The notes beneath the pieces were generated by a model that searched no databases, was not told the origin of the DNA, and saw only the letters and a program-made list of their open reading frames with translations. Below are positions 13,179 through 26,599 of a stretch of DNA of 64,000 nucleotides, one piece after another; within the stretch, counting starts at the first letter, position 1, and each line of letters begins with the position of its first letter. This DNA is from Sphaerodactylus townsendi. Its lineage: Eukaryota. The stretch covers positions 72,726,001-72,790,000 of the forward strand of contig NC_059425.1 in assembly GCF_021028975.2 (NCBI RefSeq), given 5' to 3'. The position numbers and the translations under genes are program-made.

Positions 13179-14844
13179 TTCAGACTAAAAAGTTCTGGAG
13201 CTTATTTTCAATTTTGAATGAAAGGAAAGCTGCCAGCAACTCCTAACAGCACAAAGTATATAAGAAGCGGCATTCCCCAGAGGACCATGTTGCTAGAAGA
13301 GGATAGCCAGCACAATATACTGCTTCCCCATTATACAACTTCAAGGCACATAAAAACCCTTTGAGATCCTGTTTAAAACAAATGCCATCCAGAGAGACAG
13401 AAAGCAATTTTATTCTTATAAAGGAGGCCGTCATGGTGTTGAAGTGCTGTTGTGTGTATCCAGCAGACTGTCATATCGGCATTCATTAGGCCTTTGAGCA
13501 CGACCACTTAGAAAGCGTGACCCAAGCCGAGCTGCAGGGAAAGTTTCCCCATGCGCTGTGAGCCACCATATGTGGTGTGAGTGAACTGTCAGACAGGTCT
13601 AGTGTCTGGGGAGTCCAGGCGAAATATCAGCTATTAAGAGTCAGCAAAGCAAAACACTGAGCAGGTCTGGGATTGGGAGGGAGTTGAGAGGCTGCAATTG
13701 TGGTTATTACACACATGTTGCTCTATAAAGGATCATTAGAGGCAAGAGAAGAGTAAATACATCTTATCATGGCATGGAGACAAATTGCATTCTTAAAAAT
13801 TACAGCTTGAAGCAGCTTCATATTTTTCTTTTTCCATCAGCAGCGGAATGCCCCCCCCCCCCCACCACCTCCTTCTTCCCTGTCTTAGAATGGTAACTTG
13901 CCACTACAGAGCCATAACTGAGAACAGGAGCTTGCTGTTGATTGCTTTTCATTATAATTCACTTAAATGAGAAAAAGAGTGAGCCATATTTGTTCTTAGG
14001 ATTATGAATAGTAATAGATTCTTTTTGAGGAGTTTAGCTGGCTCCTGGGATATTCCTGCAGAGAGCCTTGGACTTGTGCTTTATCACCAGACTACATTGC
14101 AATAAGCTTTCCTGGAGATGCAGCCAGGAGGGCAATGTGTGTAACAAGCAGGGCGGTGGAAGGAATATATCCATAATGGGAGGTGGTGGGGTCTGCCATA
14201 GGAGCCTCTGTTTTGCCACCTGGGAACCCTCCTGAATTCAGCATTCTGCCTGGAAATGCAAGTTTTAGCAGCAGCCAGGAGTGCTTTTTATCTGCTCCAT
14301 CTGGCGAGAAGGCTGAAATCATCCTCATCCAATTCGGAACTAGCTATCACCAGGGTACATTACTGTATTGTGTTTTGCATGGGAATTTACACAAGAGCTT
14401 TAGCTGATGCAGAATGTGATGGCCCACTGACTGACAGAGACAGCTCACTGGCAGCAGGTATTTGCACTAGCGCTCTTGTATTTAACAAGGCATCGTTGCA
14501 GTATGTGGGTCTTTAAAGAGCAGCCTAAGCAAAACAGAAGAAACTTCCACGCTAAGAGCCCCCACCGGTCTTTCATTTATGCCTACCTGTCTGGCAGTAC
14601 AGGCCTCCTGGGAGTGCAGCTGTTTGTGCTTGGGAGAGTCACTAACAGCAGGAAACTCCCCTGTGTGAAGAATGGCATAGAGGAGATTGTGAGTAGAGGT
14701 TATTTTCAAAGATCAGACTGGCCCTTAAGTCTACCAGGCTTAATTTAAAGGGCAGAAACCTCTTAATATTTTTGCTCCTGGCTATTGTAGAGGCCTAATT
14801 CCCTATATCCATTTACAATCTCTTTGATGAGCCAGATGCATCAT

Positions 14845-15005
14845 TCTCTCCTCCTCCATTTTATCATCACAACAACCCTGTGAGGTATGCTAGGCTAGGA
14901 CTGTGTGACTGGCCTAAGGTTACCTAACAAGCCTCCATGGCAGATTAGGAATTTTGGATCTGCATCTCCCAAATCCTAATCTGACACTCTTAACTGCTCC
15001 ATCAC
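14845..15005 (-). mobile_element. Older Squam3-like SINE fragment
   Basis: cacaacaaccctgtgaggta...gtgactggcctaaggttacc...ctcttaactgctccatcac. Confidence 0.65.
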
Positions 15006-15234
15006 TCTTGTACACTTGACTTTGTACTTCAAATGTGCAAAAAAAAAAAGAGGCAATCTCAGTGTCCACTTCACAGCTCTAAGTCCCAGCATGGTCTTTT
15101 TCTGGAAACATGGTGCATTATTTTTATGCCTTTCCCCAACCAACTAGATACAACAATAAACATTTATTATTTATTTATTTATTTAAAAGTTTTGATTGAT
15201 TGATTGATTGATTGATTTGTTCAATTTAATATAC

Positions 15235-15375
15235 NNNNNNNNNNNNNNNNNNNNNNNNNNNNNNNNNNNNNNNNNNNNNNNNNNNNNNNNNNNNNNNNNN
15301 NNNNNNNNNNNNNNNNNNNNNNNNNNNNNNNNNNNNNNNNNNNNNNNNNNNNNNNNNNNNNNNNNNNNNNNNNNN
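15235..15375. other. Assembly gap (141 N)
   Basis: Run of N preceded by (TTTA)n/(ATTG)n microsatellite. Confidence 1.
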
Positions 15376-15606
15376 AACAAGATTTTTACCCTGCCCCTTT
15401 GTGTTCATAGAGCCCACAAAGCAGGTAACAAATTGAAACAGATTAAAATCTCATTTTAAAGCCATTAAAACCAACATACAAATATATCATTAAAGCAAGT
15501 TAAAACTAGAGCTTAAAATAAGTTTCAGTCAACAATTCAAAGGTTTAAATCCAAAGGTTTAAATCAACAAAACTCTGGGGAGGAAGGAGGGATCGTGCCA
15601 CTACTG

Positions 15607-15815
15607 AATACATGAAGTTGCCTTCTTCTGAGTCAGGCCATTGGTCCATCAAGGTCAGTGTTGTCTACTCAGATTGACAACCACCATCCAGAGTCTTCAG
15701 CAGAGCTCTTGCATATCACCTACTAGTTGATCCTTTTAAATGGAGATGCAGCTAGGGATTGAGCCTAGGTCCTTCTGCAAGCCAAACAGGTATTCTGCCA
15801 CTGATCCACAGATCC
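15607..15815 (-). mobile_element. tRNA-derived SINE with CR1-like tail (Squam2-like)
   Basis: Minus-strand head resembles a tRNA (gatcagtggcagaatacctgtttggcttgcagaaggacctaggctcaatcc); tail ggaccaatggcctgactcagaagaaggcaacttcatg. Second copy at about 21985-22143. Confidence 0.7.
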
Positions 15816-16508
15816 ATTCCCATTGCTTGGAATGAAGCTCATGTTGTATCACAACAGTATGATTTTCAACAGTGAATCAACTGCTGCTGATACATAGCAA
15901 AGAAAGGGAAACACACCATGTTATAATGTCAGTTCCATTGTTACAAAGATCCTTTGATACATGGTCACTGTTTTTGATAGTATCCGTGGCGGATTATACC
16001 CTGGTGCTCCGTTCCACAGCAAGGGTACATTTCCTTCAGGGCAGAGTTTTTATTGCAGGCATGCTCACACTTATCCTGGAAGCCCCCATGATTTCATGAA
16101 TGCAGTCAAATCCCTATGTATTCCCTGGCTTTGGGGCTTTTACTCCTTCTGGTCTCCCCTCCACCACTCCTCGCAGGCATTTCAGGGGTACAATACCCTT
16201 TTTTTAAAAAAAACCCCAACAATTAATAATAACAAACTATTGCAATAATAATGTGAACAATATTGATATAAACTGAAGAGTATCACTATAAAACTTTAAA
16301 AGCCTTTTTTAAAAAGCAAGGAATCTTGCAATCGAGGGGGAAGTGACCCAGAAGTGAGGGCAGGCAAGCTGCGCAGCAGGCAGTAGGACACTTCCTCACA
16401 TGAAAATAATGAAGAGTGAGGAGAGCCTACTGTGGAGCGAAGAGCATCATGGAAAGTGCTTCATGCATAATGGGCCTGTCTCCAGTTTGGCTCTGAATGG
16501 CTGGGTTT

Positions 16509-16800
16509 AAGAAGAAGAAGCGTTTGGATTTATATCCCACTTTTCTCTCCTATAAGGAGACTCAAGGTGATTTACAAGCTCCTTTCCCTTCCTCTCCCCA
16601 CAACAGACACCTTGTGAGATAGATGGGGCTGAGAGAGTTCTGAAGAACTGAGACTAGCCCAAGGTCATGCAGCAGGAATGTAGGAGTGCAGAAACACACC
16701 TGGTTCACCAGATAAGCCTTTGCCACTCAGGTGGAGGAGTAGGGAATCAAGTCTGATTCTCCAGATTAGAATCCATTTGCTCTTAACCACTACACCATGC
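16509..16800 (-). mobile_element. Squam3-like SINE
   Basis: (CTT)n tail, full body and tRNA head; highly similar to the + strand copy at 62552-62869. Confidence 0.85.
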
Positions 16801-16809
16801 TGACTCTAA

Positions 16810-17228
16810 GGCTGTTTCTGCACGGCCACGCTGGGGGTTGGGTCAGCGTACATGCGGTAACAAACGGGAAGAAGGTGCCGCAGAGCGCCGTCATCCGATC
16901 GACCTACCTTCTCTATGGCCATCCAGCATGTCGCCGAGGCCAGGGGACACGCCCCCTGCCCTGCGCAACCGCTCCGGAGTCGCAGGGCAGGAGGGGCATG
17001 TGCCTAGGCCTCGGCGATGCGCCGGATGGTCGCAGAGAAGGTAGGTCGATTGGGCAAAGGGGGGGAGGGATGGCGCCTTCCAGACGCACTGGAAGCCACC
17101 ATTTTCCAACAACCTCGCTCAGGGAGCGAGGTGGGAAAATGGCGGCTTCACCCCCCATGCAAACAGCTCCCTGGGGACAGCGTTTTGCCGTCCCCAGGGC
17201 GCTGTATTTGGCCTGTGCGGAAAGGGCC
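16810..17228. mobile_element. PIF/Harbinger-type MITE with long internal palindrome
   Basis: TAA|GGCTGTTTCTGCAC...GTGCGGAAAGGGCC|TAA (3-bp TSD); CpG-rich internal inverted repeat at about 16895-17053. Confidence 0.8.
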
Positions 17229-19616
17229 TAAGTAAAGGTGGGGAAGTCATTTTTGTTTTTTAAAAATCTGATTGTCACATGTTTTAATATAAGTTATTCC
17301 TTTTTTATGTTAATGTTATTTCCGTTCGGGTTGCGGTTGGTTAAAAATTAATATTCTTCCGATTGTGTCACATTTTAGGTTCTGTGTGTCACCTTCTGTC
17401 CTCCCCTTTCACAACAATTTATTTCATAATATTGCAATGCCATGCCATAGTCTCACTCAAAGGCAAGTAGATGTACGGAACAAGCATTTTAACCTCTGTC
17501 TGGTCATGGTAACCTCTTTGGTCTCATTTTTAAAAACATTATGGGGGTCAAGTGTCCTTTAATTTGCCTTTATGCTTTTCTCCATTTCATCAGTATATTT
17601 TGTAATCTGTAATGCCCTGTTCAGTTGACCCTGTTGTCTGAAAAAAGAATGAAGTGAAATTAGAGATGTGTTCCACAGAAAAAAGAGAATTTCTCAATTA
17701 GGGGGGTTATCCCCACTGACCTCTTTTCCTTGTGGGTTTTTCTTCATTTTTTTTGCTATGGGGAGAAACACACAACCCCCCAAGCTTCATGTCTCTGTGT
17801 GTTTCTTTCAAGAAGACAGCTGCGCTTGGACCAATTTGTGTGGTGGAGTGTGTGATGTAGACACTACAGGGCTTGTAGAGCAGCTAACCCTGTGCTCTAG
17901 GGAAGGAAAAGCTATGAGTTCTATGCTTTGAAGGAATTATAGAAAAAGAGCTGTAGAACAAAACGCCTGAAAATTTGGAGCATCATCACTGGTGCAACAT
18001 CACTTTCCACAAATATCTTAAAATGGCATCACCACAACCATGATCCTTTCCACGATTCACACACTCTATAGTTTTATCACAGAGTTTTGTCAAATCCTAG
18101 AACAATACATTTGGAACAGTGATGACACTTTCCAACTGATTGCCAAAGACTGGCTTGGTATTCAGTTTTCTTTGGATTCAAATATTATTCAGCTCCAATA
18201 TGTCATGTGCAGAATATTTGGTATGTGACTGTTTTTCAAGCAAATTACACTGAAATTGTCATGGAGCTGCTAGTGCCTTTTCACTAAATAATCCCCAAGT
18301 TTCAAGTGAATTGGACCAACAGGTCCAATTTTATGGGCTCCTGAATAAAGTGCCGAATCTATCTTCCATTGTTTCCTATGTGGAAGAGGGAGGAATTCCA
18401 CGTTTTCTATAGGGAAGACAGAAACCAAACACTGAAACACTCAAGAGCAAGCAAAGCAATCATTGGCCAAAACAAACTAAACCAAGCCCAAAATATCAAT
18501 ATTTCTGGGATTTTTAATAACTTGTGAACAGTATCCTAGAAAATCCTGGATACCATCTGGACAACCAAATATGTCTGAAAAATACCAGTAAGGTATTTTT
18601 CAAATGTATATTTGGACCAGAAATATCCAAAATCATACCCATAGTTACAAATACTTGTGGATTTATGTTGATTCAACATTCCATGATGATCAGTGGCTAC
18701 TATTCGTGACAATCTAATGTTGCCTTATCTGACTAAATAATTTTGGCACTTTGCAAAAATAATATCCCAGCTCATTAATAACAGCAATAATATTTCATTC
18801 ATCCAGTTACAGGGGAGGTCTCTAATAATTTTGAAGAGTGACTATAATTTAAAAGTAGAAAAGTATCATCCTGGGGTTTTTTTTTTCACAAATAGAGCAA
18901 TCTGAGAAGTAATGGAGCACAGGGAGAATGAAGAAGATATGGCTAGTGACCACTGTGAAACTATTGGGGAATGGGAGAATTCCTGAGCAGCTGTACTCAG
19001 AAATAAGTTCCATTTTATTAAACGGGGCTTACTCCTGGCAGTGAGTTCTTAGGATTTCAGTCAAGGTCACCAAACTGCACCTGTTCAGTTTATGAAATAT
19101 GTTATGCTTTCTTTGGGAACTCTACCTCAGGTTTTGCTGATGAATTCTTAATTTTTAATTACTCAAAAGAACTTAGCATCTGCATAAGAGTGTCGAGCTA
19201 AGAAGTCATGGACAGTATGAACTGAAAAATCTAAAATGTAAAAATGTTCTTTTGAGGGTTGTGAAGCCATCAGCTATTCATGGAAAAATGTTTTGATAGT
19301 AGTAATCATACCCTGAGCTCTTTGTAGATTTAATTCAAGTATACTTCTCCCAAGAAATGCTTCATGGTTTAAGACTGTGAGGAAGAATTCAAAACCTTTT
19401 TTGGAAAGGTGGAGATAATTATTAATTAGTGCTTTAATGACCAAGATGTTGCAGAAAAACATCTACCTGTAAATCATTCCCTCCAATTTAGGAATCTGTG
19501 CCCTAATGGTTACTGTATACTGAGGGGAAACCTCTCTGCACATGCACAGAGTACAAGTTTATACAAAGTGTTCCCTGCCATAGAATTCAGAGCTGGGATT
19601 GTTCCTGTTTCAAAAG

Positions 19617-19880
19617 TAGAAGAGAAGAGGAGTTCGGATTTATACCCCATTTTTTTTCAACCTTAAGGAGTCTTAAAGCAACTTACAATCACAATTCCTT
19701 CTTTTCCCAGCAACAGGCAGGTCAGGCTGAGAGACCAGCAAGAGGCAGGTCAGGCTGAGAGAGTTCTAAGAGAGCTGTGAATAGCCCCAGGTCAACCAGC
19801 AGGCTTCATGCGTAGAAGCGGGGAAACAAATCCAGTTCACCAGATTGGAGTCTGCTGCTCTTAACCGCTATACCACACTG
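19617..19880 (-). mobile_element. Squam3-like SINE
   Basis: Same body and head as the other copies, with a short internal duplication aggcaggtcaggctgagaga. Confidence 0.8.
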
Positions 19881-20569
19881 TATTTAGATCTTCCCAGAGG
19901 TCTTATTTTTCTATATTCAGAGTTTAAGAGTGGCTGAATATTATTGCCCATCATCATTTGGCCTTTTGTAGTGAAGTACCTCTGTAGTGAGCAGATCTGT
20001 ATTTTAAACCTCTTTGCTGCTTTATCCCTAATCCCAGATTGTGGGGCAGATGAGGACAGGATTTTGATAGTGGTTATTCACTGATGAGTGAAAGGCATTT
20101 TGACATTTTCAAAAGTACTTATTTTTTTACACAGGCAAATGGCAGCAATTAATGATTAAAAACAGCTTTCAGACAGAGTGTAACCAGGCACTCATTTTTC
20201 TACTCCTACCCTCCCTTGCCACATCCCCAGTGCAAAGAAGGGAGGCAACCAATAAAGCATCAGTCTTACTCAGATTTTCCGTCCAGTGCTCTCACTTGTC
20301 ACTAAGGATGTTAAAGAGGAAAGAACCACAAGAATGAAGCAAAGGACCCAGGGAGAGAGGGTTATTATTGAACATGTCAGATGAGAATTCAGTCAGTAGG
20401 GGGTTAATTGATTTACCTCCAGAACTTTCTTGTATCTTTCCTCCCCCATTCTTTGACCATTTCCCCTTATCTCTCTTCAAGGAAAAGAGACAGAGACTTA
20501 CTTTTAAAAAAATGAAAGCTAGGAATTCAGTGAGAGTGTGCTGGATATTTCCAAGAGCTCATTAAAAAC

Positions 20570-20745
20570 CAGAGTGGTGTAGTGGTTAGAAAATCCTGCT
20601 CTGCCACAAAAGCCTTGCTAGGTGAGCTTGGGCCAGTCACACAGCCTCATCTCATAGGGTTGTTGTGAGGATGAAAGGAGGAAAAAAGAGATTGATGTAA
20701 GCTGGTTATGATCCCCATTGGAGAGAAAGGCAGTATACAAATGAA
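20570..20745 (+). mobile_element. Degenerate Squam3-like SINE
   Basis: ccagagtggtgtagtggttaga...gtgagcttgggccagtcac...agggttgttgtgagga. Confidence 0.6.
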
Positions 20746-21984
20746 GTAACCCCCCACTCCCCACTTGCACACCTATAGGGCCATGTCTTCCCCCCAATAG
20801 CAAACATGCTATTGTTGCTCTTTTTGCAGTAGCAGGGTTCCCTGAGCAAGACTATCATCCCCATCTCATTCATTGCACATAGATAAATATACTATAATGG
20901 GAATTTATCAGAGTTGTTACGGAAGAGATCAAATACAGTTGGAGCATATAGGATTAATTAAAGCCTCTGAACAAGTTATATTTTACATATGTGCAAAGAC
21001 ATGAGTACTAAAACCATTTTCAGAAAGCAAGGAAGACATTTTGAGAGAATAAATCCAAGCTAAGAAAGAATTTGGAGATGCGTAGCTTTCCCCCACAGTA
21101 TGTTTCACGGTTTTCAGTTTACCTTCATCCCCCCACCCAAAATCTGACACTTTCCCCTGCACAGGGTTCAAACCAGGTCTGCCCTTGTTATGTTCATAAT
21201 AACATTGTATCCTAAACCATTCCCTTCAGACACCTTTTCAAGTATTAAGACTGTTGTCGGGAGAGGCAAGAATGCCTCAGCCTGCCACACTACACACTGC
21301 ATTTTAAAATTACTTTAAAATGGTGGCAGTGTTTTCATGGTGGCCATGTGAATCCTGCCACATCTAGTTTGACTGTGCATAGTATTTCATTGTAGATCCC
21401 CCAAAGCAATAAGTCATTTCTGGAGAGGGTTTGAAGCAGAGAAACCACAGACAGAGAAAGGATTTAGCATATGTCCCTCCATCCATATTTCAGTCACCAT
21501 TTTGGAAGGCTTTTTTTTCCTTTTTACAAATAGTGCGCATCGCTTGCATATAATGTGTAGTGGCAGTCCTCTACTCCTCTCTCACACACACACATTTGGA
21601 TCTGGTCAGATCTAATTATGTATATCTTTAAATTAATTAGTATGTGCTAATAAGCAGCCCTTGGTATCCTGGTTTACCTGGTAGATCTTATTTATAGCCA
21701 GCCCTCCTAGCATTTCTGAAGCACCTTAAAGAATTGACACTCTGATTCCCAAGCTAGTTAGCTTCAGACTGCCAATATCAAAGCCTTTTTATGGCATTCA
21801 CATGAAGCACTGCTTTTGCATGACTTGCCACTAGAAACTGAAGTTGAAGATCACTTGCTCCCATAAGTTCCAATCACTGAAACTAGCTTTGACTTGAATG
21901 GTGAACTGCCACCAGACAAATGCCAAAAGAATCCATGGCAACGTAAAGACAGAGAAATATCTCGATTAATTTCTAAACATCAAC

Positions 21985-22143
21985 ACATGAAGCTGCCCTA
22001 GGTGGAGTCAATATTTTCTACTCTGACTGGCAGCAGTTCCAAGGTTCAAGTACTGGTCTTTTTTTTCTAATGGTAGATACTGGAAATTAAACCTGGGAGC
22101 TTCTGCATGCAAAGCAAATGCTCTCCTGCAGAGCCATCGCCCT
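21985..22143 (-). mobile_element. Squam2-like SINE, internally deleted
   Basis: Homologous to 15607-15815 (catgaagctgcc..., cttctgcatgcaaagcaaatgctct). Confidence 0.6.
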
Positions 22144-23692
22144 TCAATGTTCAGGATGACCTTACCATTAAGCAGGATGGGGCAACTCACTCCAGTCACA
22201 GTCTGATGGTTTGAGTAAAAGACAGCAGTTCGTCAGTTACTGCCATTCTTAATCCTGGGGGTGTTTTGTCATTACTGGAGCATCATTTGGATTTCCTGTC
22301 TCGGATTATCTCTACTTCTGCCCATTCATGGCTTTGACTTTGGGAAATGCATGTTAGCTTGCAAGCTAGGCTGTAATCTAGTTGCCTGGAAGATTTTTAA
22401 ACAGGAAGGCAGGATATAAATCTTTTAAATAAACAAATAAGTAGAGAGAAACCCTGGATCATGAAACTAGTGGCTGTGAAGAGTGAAATGACCAGAGAGT
22501 GATCTATCTGACTATCTGTTCTATTATCCTGAGCAGCTCTGGCTGCAACTGGGTTTTAAATGTTTTCCCTGATTGTTAGCTGTTTGCAGTTCTCATGGAC
22601 CAGGCTACATAAGTCAGGTTTCCATAGAACAGAAACTGAAATCAGTCCTTTTCATCCAAAAACAGGTAGCATTTTGATGTATTCTCCTGGGTTCCTGTGT
22701 CTGGCATCACAGCTGGTGCTCTTTTGTGTGCCAGCCACTCTTCTGAAATGCCAGCTCTGGTCTTAAAGGAGCCTACAAAAGGCAGAGCTCACACACTGAA
22801 TGATTCCTCACTGTTCATTGTGAGGCTTAATTTGATTTTCTGATTAATAATCATCATAATAACGATATAAATAGCAAGACAGATCCAGAGATCATTCCCT
22901 TAGGGGGCATGATAGAGATGGTTAGTGCCTAGGGATTCTTGCCCATGGCTGGGCTTTGATCTCTGCAAGGGGTTGGCAATAAGACACCTGTCTGCCACAT
23001 GACCATGCATCACAGACAACTTTGAAAAGACAAATGCAAAACAGGTGGGGGAGGAAGTGCCCAAATCAGAGGAGGAAATAAGAACTGTCAATGAGAAGTT
23101 GAATTTTAGAAACAGAAATTTGCATTAACTGAATCAGAAAAGACTGCTGGCCACATGCCCGCATCCTGCTGCAGGTGATGGGCTAGACAGCTCTTTCTGT
23201 TGTCTGATATTTCTGGAATGAGGCCTAGCAAACAGATCTCAGATGCCTGCCCACCACAGGGCCACTGAGAAATCAATACATCTACAAGAATAACCCAGAT
23301 GGCTGCGAAAAAAAATCCCCTCTTCGCCCATTTCTGTCTCTTGGGCCATTTCATCAGTTTAAATAGGAGATGCACCATCAGAGAGCTCAAAGAGAGGGGG
23401 GAATCACAAACTTTGAGAAAGCTTTTCTCTGTGAAAGAATACTGCGAAGTCCATCTCTCTAGGAATAGCAGTAGAAGAAATGTTCTCTTGATGTCTAATT
23501 GAAAGTGATTTTGAAATGACCAGTCAATCTTTTGCCACCTCCCAGGTTCAATATATCTGAACATTCCAACCTCTAAATAAAAAGCTAGATCAGGTTTCAG
23601 ATTTCAGCTTTTCCCACTGTTTCAAGATGACTCTCTGTAATTTATGGTCAAGTCAGTATTCGAACATAATTGGACTCCCAGAACCAATCAGA

Positions 23693-23694
<2 letters not shown>

Positions 23695-23733
<39 letters not shown>
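23695..23733. repeat. (CT)n microsatellite
   Basis: Directly visible dinucleotide run. Confidence 0.95.
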
Positions 23734-23737
<4 letters not shown>

Positions 23738-25097
23738 CTATGACTCCTAATCATGGTAAATGCATGTAAATCAGGATGCAATGGTATCCAAATATTTTAG
23801 GCAATCCCCAGCCATTGAGATGGATGAGGCTGTACAGCGTGCAGAAAAGCGTAGCTTAATCATCCTAATATACAGTACAGCTGGGTCACTTTCCCAATTT
23901 GCATAACTCAAAAAAAAATAATCCCCTTGTATTTGTGCAAGTCAGTTTCTCACTCCATAAAATAGAAGGGGCATTGAGATTAATCTGCTTCCTTGAGACT
24001 TGCGACCTTTAATTGCTGTTCACAGAGTGAGGGGGGGGGGGGTGAGTCAATTAACATATTGTTGGCTATTGCTCCACCTCTATTTCTTTGCTGACCTTGC
24101 ATCTTGAAAATCACAGCAAAGGATTGGATTGGCCAGGAGTTCAAAGCTGGGTTGCTTTTGCATTCCCAATGCTGCTGTTTTGGGTCTCACTTTCCATTCT
24201 GCCTTCCCCTCTAGGGGCACCAGAATTCCTTTGTTGCAGCCATCAGTTAGGGGTGAGATCAGAACAGAAGCCAAATGAAATAAATGAAGCAAAGGTGGTG
24301 GGGCTTTAGTCTTCACTTGTGGGCACTTCCTTGCTCATTCCTGCTTTCCCTCCACTTCTTGCCTTCCAAGTTCAGATAAATGTAATTCGCTGCACCCAGT
24401 GTATGCTTATTGGTGTTGATGTGCAGAGTCATTAATTATTGTTTGGGCCATTAATTGCCTCCTGGATTGAGTTCTTTGGATCTTACTCTTCAGTTAGGCA
24501 TTCTTGCATGTACTTTCTGAGGTCAGTGGGCAGACAGAGAGTGATTTTACCTAGGTTTTTGGGGCTGATCCTGGAAAACATCTGGGAAGTGATTCTATGC
24601 ACAAGTCAAGAGATCCAGGATCAGTTTTTCCAATTATCTTCTTGAGAACCTAACTACTGGTAGATGTTTACAATTATGTGAACTTGCAGCTATCCTGTAG
24701 CTACTAGTTCCTGGTGTGAATGTTTAAGTTCAATTAGGATCAAGACTGCTGCGTGGGAGAAAGAGGACCTCTTGCCTTCTCCTTGTGCTGTTTTTGAAGC
24801 AGCTCGAGGGTGGGGGGAATTATGTTTGTTCCATTGTGAGCAAACATGTGTACCAAATGCCTGCACAGGCTGACTGACCATGGAGAAAAGAATACTTCCA
24901 CCTGTGGGCCCTATGCTGTTTCAGCAGCAGAAAAACAACACAGGGGAGCATTCAGAAATGTCTCCTTCTCTGGTGCAGTGGTCCTGATCCAAATCAGGCC
25001 GTGCTGCAGGTTTGCTCAGGAGCTTCCACTGGGAACTAGCTGCTGCAAGATAGCTGCAAATCCCTGTTGTGAACTTGTGCAATTTGTTATGTCTATA

Positions 25098-25308
25098 CTC
25101 TGTTCCACTGAAAGATAAAAGGAGATTTGTATATTCATCCACCACTAACTGGTGCTTCTTTGCCATAGAATACTCCTCGTGGGTCCCAGTGCCTACGTAG
25201 TTCAGAGGAACAGAGTATAGGACCCAAGCAGAGCATTCTACAACAAAGAAGGTCCAGTTAGTGGTGAATGAGTGTACAAATTTCATTTTATCTTTCGGTG
25301 GGACAGAG
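25098..25308. mobile_element. Tc1/mariner-type MITE (long TIRs, TA TSD)
   Basis: TA|CTCTGTTCCACTGAAAGATAAAA...TTTTATCTTTCGGTGGGACAGAG|TA; imperfect arms of about 80 bp. Confidence 0.75.
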
Positions 25309-26347
25309 TATCATTAGGCTCTAAGTTTAGTTACAGCCATGGCAAGCAGAGAAGGGCTATAGCCTTTTAAAGAAAAAAGATACCCATCCTCTTTTTTTCT
25401 CCTGTAAAAGACAGTTCTGAGGGCAGTTTCAGTTAACAAGATCATCTAGGGATAAAAGGATTCAATCCCTTCTGCCCTCCCTGAACAGCTTTGCCTGGAT
25501 TGGGGCCACCTACACAGCTGTTCTATGCCTTTAAAGACTGTTACTGAGCTCCTATCACCTCTAATTGGACCCAAGAGATGATGCCTCCCTCCATTACTCA
25601 CCTTCATAAAATAGGTTCTTTAAAGAAAGACTCTTATATCTTCTTGCATCTCAAAATAATTTCTTTACAATCCTTTTTTTTAATTTCTTAAACATAAGCT
25701 GCCTAGGAAAACAGTAGATCTTTTGCTCTTTGTTTTTCTTCCTCTGCTGTGGCTTAGGGTCAGAATATCACCAGAGTAACTGAGCCTGGAGATTCTATTT
25801 CTCTCATCAGAGATTATTAGATCTTAGATTATTTGGTTTCTCACTGTACTGTAATTTCCTTTAGACTTCTGGGCTAGTCTGTACTTGCAGTTATTCAAAG
25901 CCAGCGCAGTCACATAGGATGGTTGAATTAACTAGTAGCTGGCTTTAGGTGTCCAATTCCCTGAATAAATAAATGCCCATGCATCTGTGTAGACACTGTT
26001 GTATTTGTGCGCACCAGTTGCAAGAGGGACAAACCTTCCTGCTCAAGTTAGCCTTGCCTTCATGTTCTTACTGGATACTCTGCCCCCGTGTCCTCTTTCA
26101 GCTTTCTTTTTACCACTTTATTTTTATCAGGTTGTTCTCCAAATAATTGTGCCAAAGTGCAGATGCGACTTTGTGCTATTATACTGTTTTGAGTATGGTA
26201 GAAATGCCCAAGTGTACATTTTATCTGTGTTTAAAAATGTTTTCAAAGGACTATTTATGAGAGCAGCAGACAAGCCATCTACCTATTCTCCACTTGGGTA
26301 CAGGCAAGAGTGTTTCAGGCATGACATAGCTCCCTGCCTTGTAAACA

Positions 26348-26599
26348 GTTAGAGCTCACAGACTCCGCAAGCTCATTCCAACTTGGAGGAATTCAAAACA
26401 TTTAAGAGAAACTTATTCAAGCTTGATGGGATTATTATGAGAGATGGCAGAAGGTTAAAAATATGATAAAAGTTAATAAATATTTGGTAAAAGTTAATAA
26501 ATATTTAGTAAAAGTTAATAAATATTTGATAAAAGACTTGCGGAGAAGGTAAAGGCGTGCTTCCCTCACGCCTGCCGGAACCGGAAACCCTAACCCTAA
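26348..26599 (+). mobile_element. 5'-truncated non-LTR retroelement 3' end with (CCCTAA)n tail
   Basis: Perfect 16-bp TSD CCCTGCCTTGTAAACA (26332-26347 and 26600-26615); short frame ending TGA at 26464-26466; three 21-bp tandem units; 7-bp hairpin; tail AACCCTAACCCTAA. Confidence 0.75.
26467..26535. repeat. 21-bp tandem repeat, about 3.3 copies (TAAAAGTTAATAAATATTTRR)
   Basis: Directly visible inside the 26348-26599 insert. Confidence 0.9.

Noticed and set aside
13537-13549. NF-kB-like palindrome GGGAAAGTTTCCC
   Set aside because: Spacing does not fit the 10-bp kB consensus, and such a match is expected by chance.
15235-15375. Missing MDGA1 exon hidden in the N gap
   Set aside because: The size is compatible, but the flanks are a microsatellite and an L2-like end with no splice context; unsupported.
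26467-26535. CRISPR-like array
   Set aside because: Contiguous tandem units without spacers, in a eukaryotic context.
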